DNA from: Eledone cirrhosa
Lineage: Eukaryota
NCBI GenBank assembly: GCA_964016885.1
Contig: OZ024749.1
Coordinates: 26,350,001-26,414,000, forward strand
DNA: 64,000 bases
Reading direction: 5' to 3'
The notes below the pieces were generated by a model that did not search any database, was not told the origin of the DNA, and saw nothing but the letters and a program-made list of their open reading frames with translations. Positions 12,119 through 24,766 of the stretch are shown here, one piece after another (position 1 is the stretch's first letter; each line of letters begins with the position of its first letter). The position numbers and the translations under genes were made by a program.

Positions 12119-12469
12119 TGCTTCTGGTTTTATAATTTCACAAATATTTGCCAATAGGGAGAGAGTCGGTTTCTAACATAGTTACAAGACTCTCTCATTG
12201 GAATTTACACAACATCAACTAGGTAGATATGTATGTATGCATGCATGTGTAGATATGGACGTTATTGTATGTGTGGATATGTATGTTTTGAGTTGTATGT
12301 GTGCATGTGCATACGCTTTGTATCTGTACATGTGTATATGCAGTTATTAGAGGCAAAATGTTTGGAATGTTTTACATATTTTTACTGGTCTATTTTAATG
12401 GATTGTACTTGTAATTTCCTAACTGTATATATGTATGTAAGTATGTATATTAATATGCACATATGTATG

Positions 12470-12561
<92 letters not shown>

Positions 12562-12599
12562 TGTATACATATGTGTGTATATGCGCAGGGACATAGAAA

Positions 12600-12860
12600 T
12601 AATCGGGCTGGATACCCGATCGCACGGTTAAATCACTGGGAGTGAAGGACCCCCTAGCCTTTGTCAGGGCATTCTTCTAGGAGAAGGCAACTCAGGAAAC
12701 TGGGATAACTCCGACATAAAACATGCGGCTCAGTAGCTACCGATGATGTTGATCTTTTCTTCTTTGGGGGGTTATAGCTACTGTCGCTCAGAGAGTGGAA
12801 TTGGCTCAGTGCATAGTCTTTCCTCACTTAAAAGAAATCTTCACGCACTGGCATTGCACA
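12600..12860 (+). mobile_element. RTE-like 5' head, diverged copy
   Basis: ttctaggagaagg...gatgatgttga...agagagtgg...cttcacg...ggcattgc aligns by eye with 9796-9959. Confidence 0.5.
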
Positions 12861-13264
12861 ATAGAATTAATTAATTATTATTAATGATAGTATATCGTGC
12901 AATGGACATACTCGATAATGTTTTATGTATGCATGTATGTAAATATGTATGATGTATGACTGTATGTATTAATGTATATTTGTGTGTGTGTAAGTGTGTA
13001 TATATTTATGAAAATATGCATGTATGCATGTGTATATGTATGTATGTATGTATAAATGTCTGCATGTCTGTGTGCATATACGTATGTATCTGTATACATA
13101 TATGTATATATCTATGCATGTGTCTATGTATGTATGCATATATGTATGAATGTATATATGCATACATATATACATTCACACATATATAAATATTCACATG
13201 CATACATAGTTGCATACATACATACACACATACACATACATACATACATACATACATACATACA

Positions 13265-13296
<32 letters not shown>

Positions 13297-13713
13297 CTCA
13301 TACATAGATATATACACACACACACTCACAAATACATGTTATATAATCTCTTATAGATCACCAAGTTAAACCGGAACAGGAAACAAGATGCGTCAACCAT
13401 GATGGTAGGAAATCTGAAAATATGGTTGAACGACTTCCACCTCAAATGTACCAGCCTCTCTTAAACCGGCATATTATTGATAGTATGAAGCAATAAATAT
13501 TCCGGATTAACGGTCATTAAGCGAATTAAGATCGTTTTTAATGAATATTCAAAGCAATTACAGCCAACCCAGTGTTTTAATGGCCGTGGGAAGTGTAGAA
13601 TGTCTATATTCAAATGAATTACAACAAAAATAATGTTTTGGCTGTTGTTATCATCAGTATTATAATTACTGCTCTTGTAGTTCTTGTTCTTGTTGATGTT
13701 GTTGTCAATATTG

Positions 13714-13932
13714 ATGGACTTGTAGTATCGGTGGAAGGTCGGACGCCATGCTTTCCAGCATAGAGTTATGTCCCTTTACGGTCTGAATTCAAATCCCGCC
13801 GAGGTTAACTTTGCCTTTCATCCTTACGAGGTCGATAAAATAAAGCGCCATTAATGCGCTGGGGTCGATTTAATCGACTTCCCCCTGCCCCCAAATTACT
13901 GACCTTGTGCCTATAGTAGAAATCATTATTAT
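13714..13932 (+). mobile_element. tRNA-type SINE
   Basis: B box gaattcaaatccc; body gaggttaactttgcctttcatcc...gtcgataaaataaag; short att tail. Confidence 0.8.
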
Positions 13933-13989
13933 TGCTCTTATTATTCTTGCTGTTATTGAGGATATTGTTGAGGCAACCGACCACTGCCC

Positions 13990-14410
13990 ACTGTCAGTGC
14001 TCCACCAAAACCACCAACCCCACCAATAATACTAGCACCACCATCACCACCAACAACAACACCGTCAAAAACATCACAAACACCACCAACACAATGAATA
14101 CTACCAGCATCAGCATTAACACCACCAACACCATCAACACCACCAACACCACCAACACCCCCAACACCACCAGTACCACCAACACCATCAACGCCACCAA
14201 CACCACCACCAACACCCCCAACACCACCAGTACCACCAACACCATCAAAACCACCAACACCACCAGTACCACCAACACCATCAAAACCACCAACGTTACA
14301 AACACTAATAACACCCCCAACACCACCAACACTACCAACACTACCAACACTACCAACACCACCAACACCATCAAAACTGCCAACGCTACAAACACTAATA
14401 ACACTACCAA
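13990..14410. repeat. (ACC/AAC)-rich low-complexity repeat
   Basis: Degenerate 9-mer accaacacc units. Confidence 0.85.
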
Positions 14411-14489
14411 GAGATCGTTAAAATATATTATTCAGACAAGTAAATATATATAGTGTATCTTATAAATATCACTGAAAGGTCGATAAAAC

Positions 14490-14700
14490 ATTGTTCCCTA
14501 GGGATATACACAACTTCAATCAACTTAAATATAAGGAGCGTGACAAAGGTTACACAATGGGAAGAAAAAATCCGAAACACGTGGAATGAACGCACAAATA
14601 CATCTTTATTCCTCGTCAGCCACCAACAGGGCAATGCAATTTCGTGTATAAAGGCAGTATTGCATAATACTGAGCCCAGTTTGCACGACATCTTGAACAA
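14490..14700 (+). pseudogene. Possible decayed CRE-like RLE retrotransposon C-terminus
   Basis: SLGIY...TSLFLVSHQQGNAISCI...LHDIL resembles the CRE terminal QRGNA motif. Weak match. Confidence 0.3.
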
Positions 14701-16152
14701 CCAAGATGTGGATTTTGAAGTAACATTTGATCAGGGTTCTATTATGGAATTATCTGGAATATTACTAAAGCCACATATAGTTGGTTATCAAAAAAATGAC
14801 ATTCGATCAGAGGCCTACGTTTGAGTGATCAAGAATGGTAAGGGACATTTGATCACTCAAACGTAGTGGAGATCTGGAATGTTAAGAGACATTTGATCTG
14901 GGGCGTAATTAGGATAAATCTTGACTGTTAAGGGACATTTGATAAGAGCCCTATTTTGAAAAGTACTGGAATGTTAAAGAATTTCAGAAATCTTATTATT
15001 AGTTTTCTTCGAAGAAATACGCTGTTGTTGTTGCTGCTGCTGCCGTTGTCGTTGTCGTTGTTGTTGTCGTTGCAGTCGTTGTTGTTGTTTTGTTGCTGTC
15101 ATCGTCGTCATTGTCGTTGCTGTTGTCGTCGTTGTTGGTGTTCTTGTTGCTGTTGTCGTCGTTGTTGGTGTTCTTGTTGCTGTTGTCGTTGATGTCTTCG
15201 TTGTTGTTGTTGCTATTGTCGTCGTCGTCGTCGTTGCTGCTGCTGCTGCTGCTGCTGTTGTTATTGTTGTCGTTGTTTTTACACCCAAAAAATTCTTCAT
15301 TTGATTTCGGCAAATTTAGCAATTTTTCTTGTTTTTGTTGTTGTTTTTCTCATATATTTTCTCGTAGTTTTTTGTTCTCTCCAAATTCATCTCCTTGGTG
15401 TATTGAGTCGTTTCTCATATACATTATTACTTCGGTAACAACCCCCCCCCCCCCGACAGAAATTTAAGAACCTCTTAAAACGATTAAATATCTCAATCGT
15501 GGTTAAGAGGAGCCGAAACTAATGCGGTTCTACACTTTTACATAATTAGTAGGGGGAGATTATTAAAAAAAGAAATGAGGGGGTGTACCTTACATCTCAA
15601 CTGGTGGCCTGATACCCAAAAATGCCTAACCCTAACCCTAACACACACATAGTAAACTCACTCCATTCTGCATGGTTATTGTTGTTGGTGTTGTAGCACT
15701 GTGGTTTTTATTGTTATTGTAGTTGTTATTATTGTTGGTGTTGTTGTTAAATTTGTTGTTGCTGTTGTTTAACCCAGGGTCAGCTCTGGTGCTGCAGACA
15801 GATCAATAAACAAAGATGTTCCCATGGTCAGCCTATAACAAGTACTACGAAGGCAGAGTGGGGCATGGAGAACGTAACAACAACAACCACAACAACAACC
15901 ATAACAGCAATAATAACAACCACAACAACAACAACAAACACAGCAGCAATAACCACGACAGCAAAAACCATAACAACGACCTCAATAGCAACAACCACCA
16001 CAACAAAAACAACAACAACAGTAACAACTACATTGACAACAACAACACCAGCAGTAGAAACAACCACAACAGAAACAACTACAACAACAGCAATCACATC
16101 CGCAACAACCACAACAACAACAACAACAACTACAACAACAACAACACCACCA

Positions 16153-16506
16153 GCTTCCGGGATCCTACTTACTTGCGGGGCTGAATCAATTTGAAAAAGT
16201 TATTTGAACAAAGAATTGTGGATATAGGCGAGGCATCACTTGTGTCAAAAATGTTTTTTGTCAAAAATGTATTTTGTAACTTGTAACACATTTGCCCATG
16301 GAAGACTCTCATATGAGATCCAGTTGAATTTCCCCAGCTGCCTAGTTGGTGTCTGTGTAGTAGCAATCATCCGATGGATGCAGGATGGGGGTTATTCCTG
16401 GTGTGTCAGGTGCATTTTGTTAGAAGGAGGCATTTTTGTGCTTTGACTCCCATAGATGGAAAAAAACACATTTTGTAACCGTTTCAAAGTAAGCCAGATC
16501 CCAGAA

Positions 16507-16508
<2 letters not shown>
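16153..16508. mobile_element. MITE-like element with 22-bp imperfect TIRs
   Basis: Left end gcttccgggatcctacttactt versus the reverse complement of the right end, gcttctgggatctggcttactt. Confidence 0.6.
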
Positions 16509-16551
<43 letters not shown>

Positions 16552-17073
16552 TCTCTTCGTCCTTCTTTTTAACTGTCCTCAACATTTTCACTACCAAATC
16601 AACTTTTTAAATGGAAGTTGCACTGTTCTAGGTATGTCAAATTTATTTATAAAACGGTTTATATATTGTATTTTGTCTGAGGAAGGCATACCATATTTTT
16701 AATATGGTATCCCTGAAATATATATAATGAAATAAATATGGTTTTATAAATATAGTTTCCATTTGTTTAATATCGTAAACCTACTCCAAAACTTGTGGAG
16801 TGCTTTTATATCAGTTATAAAATATTTACTCGTTGTAACCCTACAATTTTAAATAAAACTTTTGCATATATATTTTTTTTTTTTTTTTTTTTTTTTTTCG
16901 AAAATTCTGAATATGAGTTGTGTTCACTAGATAAATCTGCTATGAGTAATCGACCCCATCATGAAACTCGAAGTACCAAGTAAAACATACTCTTAGTTTC
17001 CATATCCAGGGCTAATTCAGTCATATTACAATTAAACATCAACTATACATAGTTCATACATACACAAACACAC

Positions 17074-17126
<53 letters not shown>

Positions 17127-17138
17127 CGCATATATATA

Positions 17139-17184
<46 letters not shown>

Positions 17185-17411
17185 ATTATATATATATAAG
17201 TTAAAGTGTACATCTACATATGTATACGGAAGTATTAGTATGCATATAAATACACACATGTATACATATGTACATGTACTCAGCTTTTCACTAGACACTT
17301 TACAGTGAGTGTCAGCTAGTCTGTATGTAACCACACAGACGGACCGGGTTTTAGAGTCATACGGGTTTTCAAGGAAACACATTTCCTCTATTCTCCAGAG
17401 GGCCAGACAGG

Positions 17412-17456
17412 AATATTGGACTAGTTTCGATGTTATTACATCTCATCAGCAATATT
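17412..17456 (-). ncRNA. Type I hammerhead ribozyme (family A, inverted copy)
   Basis: Reverse complement of 17629-17673. Confidence 0.9.
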
Positions 17457-17628
17457 TACCCACGAAATTTAATTTCGTTTCGTTATTTGTTTTTATCGTT
17501 TCCGCTGAACCGGTGCGTACAATGACTCACGTTCTATGCAAATTAGTCTACCCACTACTAATTTTCATAGAAAAAGCATATAACGATATGTGCTTTTACA
17601 ATTCTCCAGAGAAGCCGGAAGATTGGTA

Positions 17629-17673
17629 AATATTGCTGATGAGATGTAATAACATCGAAACTAGTCCAATATT
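17629..17673 (+). ncRNA. Type I hammerhead ribozyme (family A)
   Basis: aatattg CTGATGA gatgt-aata-acatc GAAA ctag TC caatatt. This gives a 7-bp stem I, a 5-bp stem II, a palindromic mini stem III and a GUC cleavage site. Confidence 0.92.
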
Positions 17674-18097
17674 CCTGTCTGGCCCTCTGGAGAATAGAGG
17701 AAATGTGTTTCCTTGAAAACCCGTATGACTCTAAAACCCGGTCCGTCTGTGTGGTTACATACAGACTAGCTGACACTCACTGTAAAGTGTCTAGTGAAAA
17801 GCTGAGTACATGTACATATGTATACATGTGTGTATTTATATGCATACTAATACTTCCGTATACATATGTAGATGTACACTTTAACTTAATTGTTTAAGCG
17901 TCAGTCATACAAAAGTGAGTTAGAAGCGAAACGAAATTTAATTTCGTTTCGTTATTTGTTTTTATCGTTTCCGCTGAACCGGTGCGTACAATGACTCACG
18001 TTCTATGCAAATTAGTCTACCCACTACTAATTTTCATAGAAAAAGCATATAACGATATGTGCTTTTACAATTCTCCAGAGAAGCCGGAAGATGGGTA

Positions 18098-18142
18098 AAT
18101 ATTGCTGATGAGATGTAATAACATCGAAACTAGTCCAATATT
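18098..18142 (+). ncRNA. Type I hammerhead ribozyme (family A)
   Basis: Same motif, +469 bp. Confidence 0.92.
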
Positions 18143-18566
18143 CCTGTCTGGTCCTCTAGAGAATAGAGGAAATGTGTTTCCTTGAAAACCCGTATGACTC
18201 TAAAACCCGGTCCGTCTGTGTGGTTACATACAGACTAGCTGACACTCACTGTAAAGTGTCTAGTGAAAAGCTGAGTACATGTACATATGTATACATGTGT
18301 GTATTTATATGCATACTAATACTTCCGTATACATATGTAGATGTACACTTTAACTTAATTGTTTAAGCGTCAGTCATACAAAAGTGAGTTAGAAGCGAAA
18401 CGAAATTTAATTTCGTTTCGTTATTTGTTTTTATCGTTTCCGCTGAACCGGTGCGTACAATGACTCACGTTCTATGCAAATTAGTCTACCCACTACTAAT
18501 TTTCATAGAAAAAGCATATAACGATATGTGCTTTTACAATTCTCCAGAGAAGCCGGAAGATGGGTA

Positions 18567-18611
18567 AATATTGCTGATGAGATGTAATAACATCGAAACT
18601 AGTCCAATATT
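18567..18611 (+). ncRNA. Type I hammerhead ribozyme (family A)
   Basis: Same motif, +938 bp. Confidence 0.92.
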
Positions 18612-18896
18612 CCTGTCTGGCCCTCTGGAGAATAGAGGAAATGTGTTTCCTTGAAAACCCGTATGACTCTAAAACCCGGTCCGTCTGTGTGGTTACATAC
18701 AGACTAGCTGACACTCACTGTAAGGTGTCTAGTGAAAAGCTGAGTACATGTACATATGTATACATGTGTGTATTTATATGCATACTAATACTTCCGTATA
18801 CATATGTAGATGTACACTTTAACTTAATTGTTTAAGCGTCAGTCATACAAAAGTGAGTTAGAAGCGAAACGAAATTTAATTTCGTTTCGTTATTTG

Positions 18897-18965
<69 letters not shown>

Positions 18966-19134
18966 CATTAAATTTAAGTGAGAAAAACTCTTTTTATGAG
19001 AGCATAAGCCAGACAGACAAAAAAAATATTTTACCTATTCTCGCTTATATAAGGATCTCCCTTCCATGCTTTCGTTTGCGGAAGAACGTTTACTGGAATT
19101 ACCAATAATTGAAGAAACCGCAATACTTTTTAAG

Positions 19135-19295
19135 AGTCATCTCTTGGTACCATTGGTATAAGGACTATATCTTTCAGCTACCTTCCAAGTAAACTTGTGT
19201 GGGACTTTTTTATACTTTAATTCCCATCCTCATTTGCGAGGGTTGTGCTGGTTCTCATATCAGGATTCCTAAAAGAGTGAAGATGCGAGTTAATA
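19135..19295 (-). pseudogene. Decayed PLE GIY-YIG endonuclease C-terminal fragment
   Basis: INSHLHSFRNPDMRTSTTLANE / WELKYKKVPHKFTWKVAERYSPYTNGTKR* (frameshifted). Parallels NHQSTFRYSDRRSSTKL...WSLK...IQWK...AY in the 60622 ORF. Confidence 0.65.
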
Positions 19296-19349
19296 TACAT
19301 ACATGCCTATATACACTAGGTAAGTATGTATACCCCTCTCTCTATATAT

Positions 19350-19399
<50 letters not shown>

Positions 19400-19789
19400 C
19401 ACTGCTGTGTGACATCCTACCGCGAGAATAGTTTAAATGAAACATATAATCTATAACATGCATTGAGCACTCTCAATCGCCAAAACACGATTATGTATGT
19501 ATGTATATATATATGTGTGTGTGTATGTGTGTATATGTGTGTGTGCGTGTGTATGTATGTGTGTGTATGTGTGCGTGAGTGTGTGTGTATGTGTGTGTGG
19601 GTGTGTGTAAGTATGTGTGTCTATGTTTGTCTGTGTAAGTGTATGAGTGTAATCTTTTTCCCACGCAAAGAAATTATTTAACGCCATAATCTCGGGGTAT
19701 TTGATAAATAAATCTTTATAAAGGAATGCATATGTATATGATAAATATATGTATAACCCACTAGGAGTGTATCAATTCAACGATATATA

Positions 19790-19980
19790 TATATATGTAT
19801 GTGTTTGTATGTGTGCGTGTGTGTTGTGTTATGTGTGTGTTTGACTGTGTGTCTGTGTATGTATAAGAAAATATATATGTATGTATATCTATGTATATAC
19901 AGGTATGTATTTATGTATTTGTATAATTATATATACATACAAATATATATATATATATATATGTGTGTTTGTGTGAGTGT

Positions 19981-20027
<47 letters not shown>

Positions 20028-20601
20028 TGTATGTGCGTGTGTGTGTTGTGTTGTGTGTGTGTTTGACTGTGTGTCTGTGTATGTGTAAGAAAATATATGT
20101 GTATATCTATGTATATCTATGTATGTATTTATGTATTTGTATAAGTATATATATACATACAAATATATATATATATGTGTGTGTGTTTGTGTGAGTGTGT
20201 GTGTGTGTGTGTGTGAGAGTGTGTGCGTGTGTGTGTGTGTGTGACTATGTGTCTGTGTATGTGTAAGAAAATATATATGTGTATATCTATGTATATACAT
20301 GTGTGTATTTATGTATTTGTATAAGTATATATATACATACAAATATATATATATATCTATGTGTGTGTGTTTGTGTGAGTATGTGTGTGTGTATGTGAGT
20401 GTGTGAGTGTGTGTGTGTGACTGTGAGTCTGTGTATGTGTAAGAAAATATATATGTGTGTATATCTATGTATATACATGTGTGTATTTATGTATTTGTAT
20501 AAGTATATATATACATACAAATATATATATATATGTGTGTTTCAGAAGATCCCGTTAAGGGTGAATACATACAAATATATATATATGTGTGTTTGTGTAA
20601 G

Positions 20602-20639
<38 letters not shown>

Positions 20640-20660
20640 TGTGAGTGTGTGTGTGTAGCT
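19790..20660. repeat. Compound (TG)/(TA) minisatellite, roughly 180-230 bp units
   Basis: Recurring gactgtgtgtctgtgtatgtgtaagaaaatatat...tacatacaaatata. Confidence 0.75.
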
Positions 20661-20770
20661 GTGTGGGGGTTCTATTTTATTGTATTTAAATTTATGACTA
20701 ATAAAACGTCTACCACTTCAGTTATCATGGAGTTATATTACATTCTGGGGGTGATCAGGCGAAAAGTCTG

Positions 20771-20858
20771 TAGAGCACACATACACAGACACATACAGAC
20801 CCACACACATATATACACGCATGCACACACATGTACACACATACACCTACACACATAC

Positions 20859-20890
<32 letters not shown>

Positions 20891-20895
20891 GCATG

Positions 20896-20947
<52 letters not shown>

Positions 20948-21060
20948 CATGCATATATATTATATATATATTTATATGTATGTGTGTAGGTGTATGTGTG
21001 TACATGTGTGTGCATGCGTGTATATATGTGTGTGGGTCTGTATATGTCTGTGTACTCTAT
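20771..21060. repeat. Inverted repeat centred on (TA)n
   Basis: cagacccacacacat...cacctacacacatac is mirrored as gtatgtgtgtaggtg...atgtgtgtgggtctg. Confidence 0.8.
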
Positions 21061-21079
21061 ATATATATATATATATGTG

Positions 21080-21117
<38 letters not shown>

Positions 21118-21215
21118 TGCATGTATATGTATAATTATATATATATGAATATGTATATATATATACGATATTAATAAATATATATATGTATATATATATA
21201 TATGTATATATATTA

Positions 21216-21301
<86 letters not shown>

Positions 21302-21367
21302 ATATATATGAATATATATATATACAGACGCACACACAGAAACATATATAGAGAGAGAGATTTATGT

Positions 21368-21406
<39 letters not shown>

Positions 21407-21784
21407 TGTGTGAGTGTGTGTGTATGTGTGTGTGTATGTGTGTATGTGTGTGTATGCGTGTGTGTGTGCCCGCGCGCGCGTGTGTTTTATAGCGAGTACC
21501 GTAGAAGCGTCGTTTGATAATATTTATTAAAATTAGGTCAGAGTTCTGTTACTTTGGATGTTCCCCTCTTGACAGATGGTACTGTGAATACCCAGGCTAA
21601 ACTACAATAATTAGTCTTAACAAGTCATGAATTGTCACTCTGATGACACCCATAGTCTATACTCGCTAATGGCAAATTGTTAAATATAATAATCTGTTAT
21701 ATGTGGTATATCACCGTGGGAAGAAAAAATTGTCAGTAATTAAATGTCTTGAACTCTTAAATGTTTGTTTTGTAAGCAAATTGA

Positions 21785-21834
<50 letters not shown>

Positions 21835-21841
<7 letters not shown>

Positions 21842-22036
21842 TGTAATAAACAACATAAGGCAATTATTCCATTTACCAGTGGTTTCTTAAAAGCAAAAGA
21901 TTTTGCTTTCAATCCTCAGAATGAAAAAATCCTGACCAGGATTTTTTCATTCTGGGGATTGAATGCAAAATCTTTTGCTTTTAAGAAACCACTGGTAAAT
22001 GGAATAATTGCCTTATGTTGTTTATTACATAACTAT
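21835..22036. repeat. Near-perfect palindrome, ~100-bp arms
   Basis: Centre ...aaaaaatcctg ac caggatttttt.... Confidence 0.92.
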
Positions 22037-22100
22037 TAAGCTCTGTTACCTACATAGAGCACTCTTTTTTCCTGAACTTTTCCGACGGAATTACTTCATC

Positions 22101-22149
<49 letters not shown>

Positions 22150-22274
22150 CATTCAAAGTTATAGATATCCTGTTTGAGATAATCTCAAAACATGCGTCTC
22201 ACAAAATAATCTCAAAGACAAATTCAAAGAATATATCCGATCATTTAATCATTACAAAATATATATATATATAT

Positions 22275-22470
22275 AGAATAGAAAACGAAAAATCAGTAAT
22301 GCATCTGAACTCAATTTATTGTGTGTTACAATGGTTTCGCCGGCGGACAGCTCGAGACGCGATCATTGTGTGGATCTGTCTGAACCTGCGGGTCCAGAAT
22401 CAGAAAAACAATTGTAACACACAATAAATTGAGTTCAGATTCATCACTGATTTTTCGTTTTCTAGTCTAT
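22275..22470. repeat. Inverted repeat, ~60-bp arms with spacer
   Basis: tagaaaacgaaaaatcagt...tctgaactcaatttattgtgtgttacaat is mirrored at 22409-22470. Confidence 0.85.
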
Positions 22471-22563
22471 CATACTCTGCTCTGTAAGAGCATAGAGTGC
22501 ATACCGCCTATGGAAGCATTTTAACCACCATCAGACACACACACACACACATATATCTATCTA

Positions 22564-22597
<34 letters not shown>

Positions 22598-22706
22598 CAC
22601 AGAAATGTTGTATTTCTAAATAAACACGGTTTTAGGAATCCGTAGCTATGCAAACACCGGGGCTAACGCCCTTTGGTGGTGTCCAGCAGAAGCGAGGTGG
22701 ACAACC

Positions 22707-22878
<172 letters not shown>

Positions 22879-22879
22879 C

Positions 22880-23079
22880 AAAGAGGGTGTGGAAAGATTC
22901 CAGGTGGACGCTAACGCACTGGAGTACTCAATACTTGGGGTAGTAGAGTGGGTAATAGGAAAATAGTCAGGACCCCGACGTCTGAGCTCCGGCCGTTTCG
23001 ACAGCTAGATCCGAACATTTCGGATCTAGCTCTCGAAACGACCGGAGCTCAGTCGTCGGGGTCCTGACTCTTTTCCTAT
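22880..23079 (+). repeat. Hairpin-ended interspersed repeat (palindrome 22955-23079)
   Basis: caggaccccgacg...agctagatccgaa cat ttcggatctagct...cgtcggggtcctg. A homologue lies at 26212-26393. Confidence 0.8.
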
Positions 23080-23334
23080 ACATATATATATATAATATTC
23101 TCTCTCCGAACTCTCCTTTTCCCGAAGAAGGACTCATATTCAATACGTCGAAACCGTCATTTACTTTTTCCCTAGCGTGAAACTAATAATACTTTGTGTT
23201 TCTACATCTCCGTCTTTATCTTGTCTATTCTTGAACATATCTTTTCATACCATATTATGTCTGATGGTAGACAAATATGCAATCAATAGTTATGACAAAT
23301 TGGTGCGGATGTGCATCTGAATATATGTATATTT

Positions 23335-23431
23335 TCAAATCCCGCCGAGGTTAAAATCAGGTTCAATAAAATAAAGCACCAGTAATGCACTGGGGTCATT
23401 GCTGGCCTTGTGTCAAAAGTAGAAACAATTA
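23335..23431 (+). mobile_element. Truncated tRNA-type SINE
   Basis: ttcaaatcccgccgaggttaa...ctggccttgtgtcaaaagtagaaac. Confidence 0.7.
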
Positions 23432-23828
23432 TGAAAATATTTTTAATTTTTTAATATTAATTTTTTTAATTTTTATTTTTATTTTTATTTTTATATTCAC
23501 TTATCTCTGCCTATCATGATTGGGGGCGGGCGAGGGGATTCTCGTCTGTACAAATTATATATTTCCCTTTGTCTGTCATGGCTTACTAGCTCCATACAGA
23601 CGTTTAAATTAGTCAATAAATAAATATCATTCACCAACATATTTTTTCGTACACAGAACCTCGTTAGCTAAGCATTATAATAAATACTTTCCTAGGGACC
23701 ACTGCAAACAGGTGAGGTTCATTCAGTCCCTTCCGTCCCTTACACATTATTGAAAATGAAAGCAAATTAATCGCTTTTTAGAATCATTTTCTCCGGTTAT
23801 TGTTATCAGTATTTTGAGGTAAACCTAG

Positions 23829-24016
23829 GGCGGTGGATTGGCAATTTCGGTAGAGGGTCGAACGCCATGCTTTGCAGCGTAGAGCTATGGCCCTTTGTGG
23901 TCTGAGTTCAAATCCCACCGAGGTTAACTTTACCTTTCATCCTTACGGGGTCGATAAAATAAAGCACCAGTAATACACTGGGATAACTGCTGGCCTTGTG
24001 CCAAAATTAGAAACAT
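23829..24016 (+). mobile_element. Full-length tRNA-type SINE with 16-bp TSD
   Basis: A-box-like tggcaatttcgg and B box gagttcaaatccc. TSD tattttgaggtaaacc at 23810-23825 and 24017-24032. Confidence 0.9.
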
Positions 24017-24278
24017 TATTTTGAGGTAAACCCGTTAGTAATTCATTAATGAAATATGAACTTTATACAATCAATATACGATAGCGATGTTGTTGTTAGT
24101 TATTGTTGTTGTTGTACAGGAATAATTTTTAGCAATTTTAGATTCTAATAAATCAAAATAAATATTGATTGTAAATCAAGAATTTTCATATTAATTTTTT
24201 TTATAATATAAATGTGTTTAATTTCAAACAGAAGTTTTGACATGAGGAATTATCTTTATTTTACGTAGAATTATTTGT

Positions 24279-24339
<61 letters not shown>

Positions 24340-24399
24340 TATATATAGTAGGCATGGCAACGTTGTAGTAACTGGCCTGAATTATTATATATATATATA

Positions 24400-24445
<46 letters not shown>

Positions 24446-24545
24446 CAGGGTGTCCCTAAAAATGTATACAGATTGGTTACCTGTACAGGCAATATTTATT
24501 AGAATGCTGTTGAAATGTGTATATATTTTTGGGGGGGACACCCTA
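24446..24545. mobile_element. Tc1/mariner-type MITE (~100 bp)
   Basis: TA-CAGGGTGTCCC...GGGACACCCTA-TA termini. Confidence 0.8.
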
Positions 24546-24579
24546 TATATATATATATATATAAACGATAATAATAAGT

Positions 24580-24766
24580 GTTTCTACTTTTGGCACAAGG
24601 TCACCAATTACCCCAGTGCATTACTGGTGCTTTATTTTATCGACCCCATAAGGTTGAAAGGCAAAAATTAACCTCGGCTGGATTTGAATTCAGAACGCAA
24701 AGGGCCATAGCTCCATGCGGCAAAGCATGGTGTCTGATGCTCTACCGATACTGCCAATCCACTGCC
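24580..24766 (-). mobile_element. tRNA-type SINE
   Basis: Reverse-complement homologue of 23829-24016. Confidence 0.85.

Larger units (their letters stand above)
17197..18902 (+). mobile_element. Hammerhead retrozyme-like array, family A: 3 x 469 bp tandem plus an inverted partial unit (17197-17461)
   Basis: Near-identical 469-bp period. One hammerhead per unit. (TA)n on both flanks. Confidence 0.9.

Noticed and set aside
15624-15642. (CCCTAA) telomeric repeats
   Set aside because: Only about three units. Too short to call interstitial telomere.
13932-16194. Thr/Asn-rich mucin-like ORFs
   Set aside because: Trinucleotide low-complexity DNA that is open in several frames on both strands. 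No non-repetitive domain or splice evidence.
17122-18835. Small repeated ORFs in the retrozyme-like units (also MKTKFHF... in family C)
   Set aside because: Not conserved between families A, B and C, whereas the RNA structure is.
21636-21670. CTGATGA hammerhead-like core
   Set aside because: No matching stem II and GAAA downstream.
23829-23925. tRNA gene
   Set aside because: The A/B boxes lead into a SINE body with a TSD. No clear cloverleaf.
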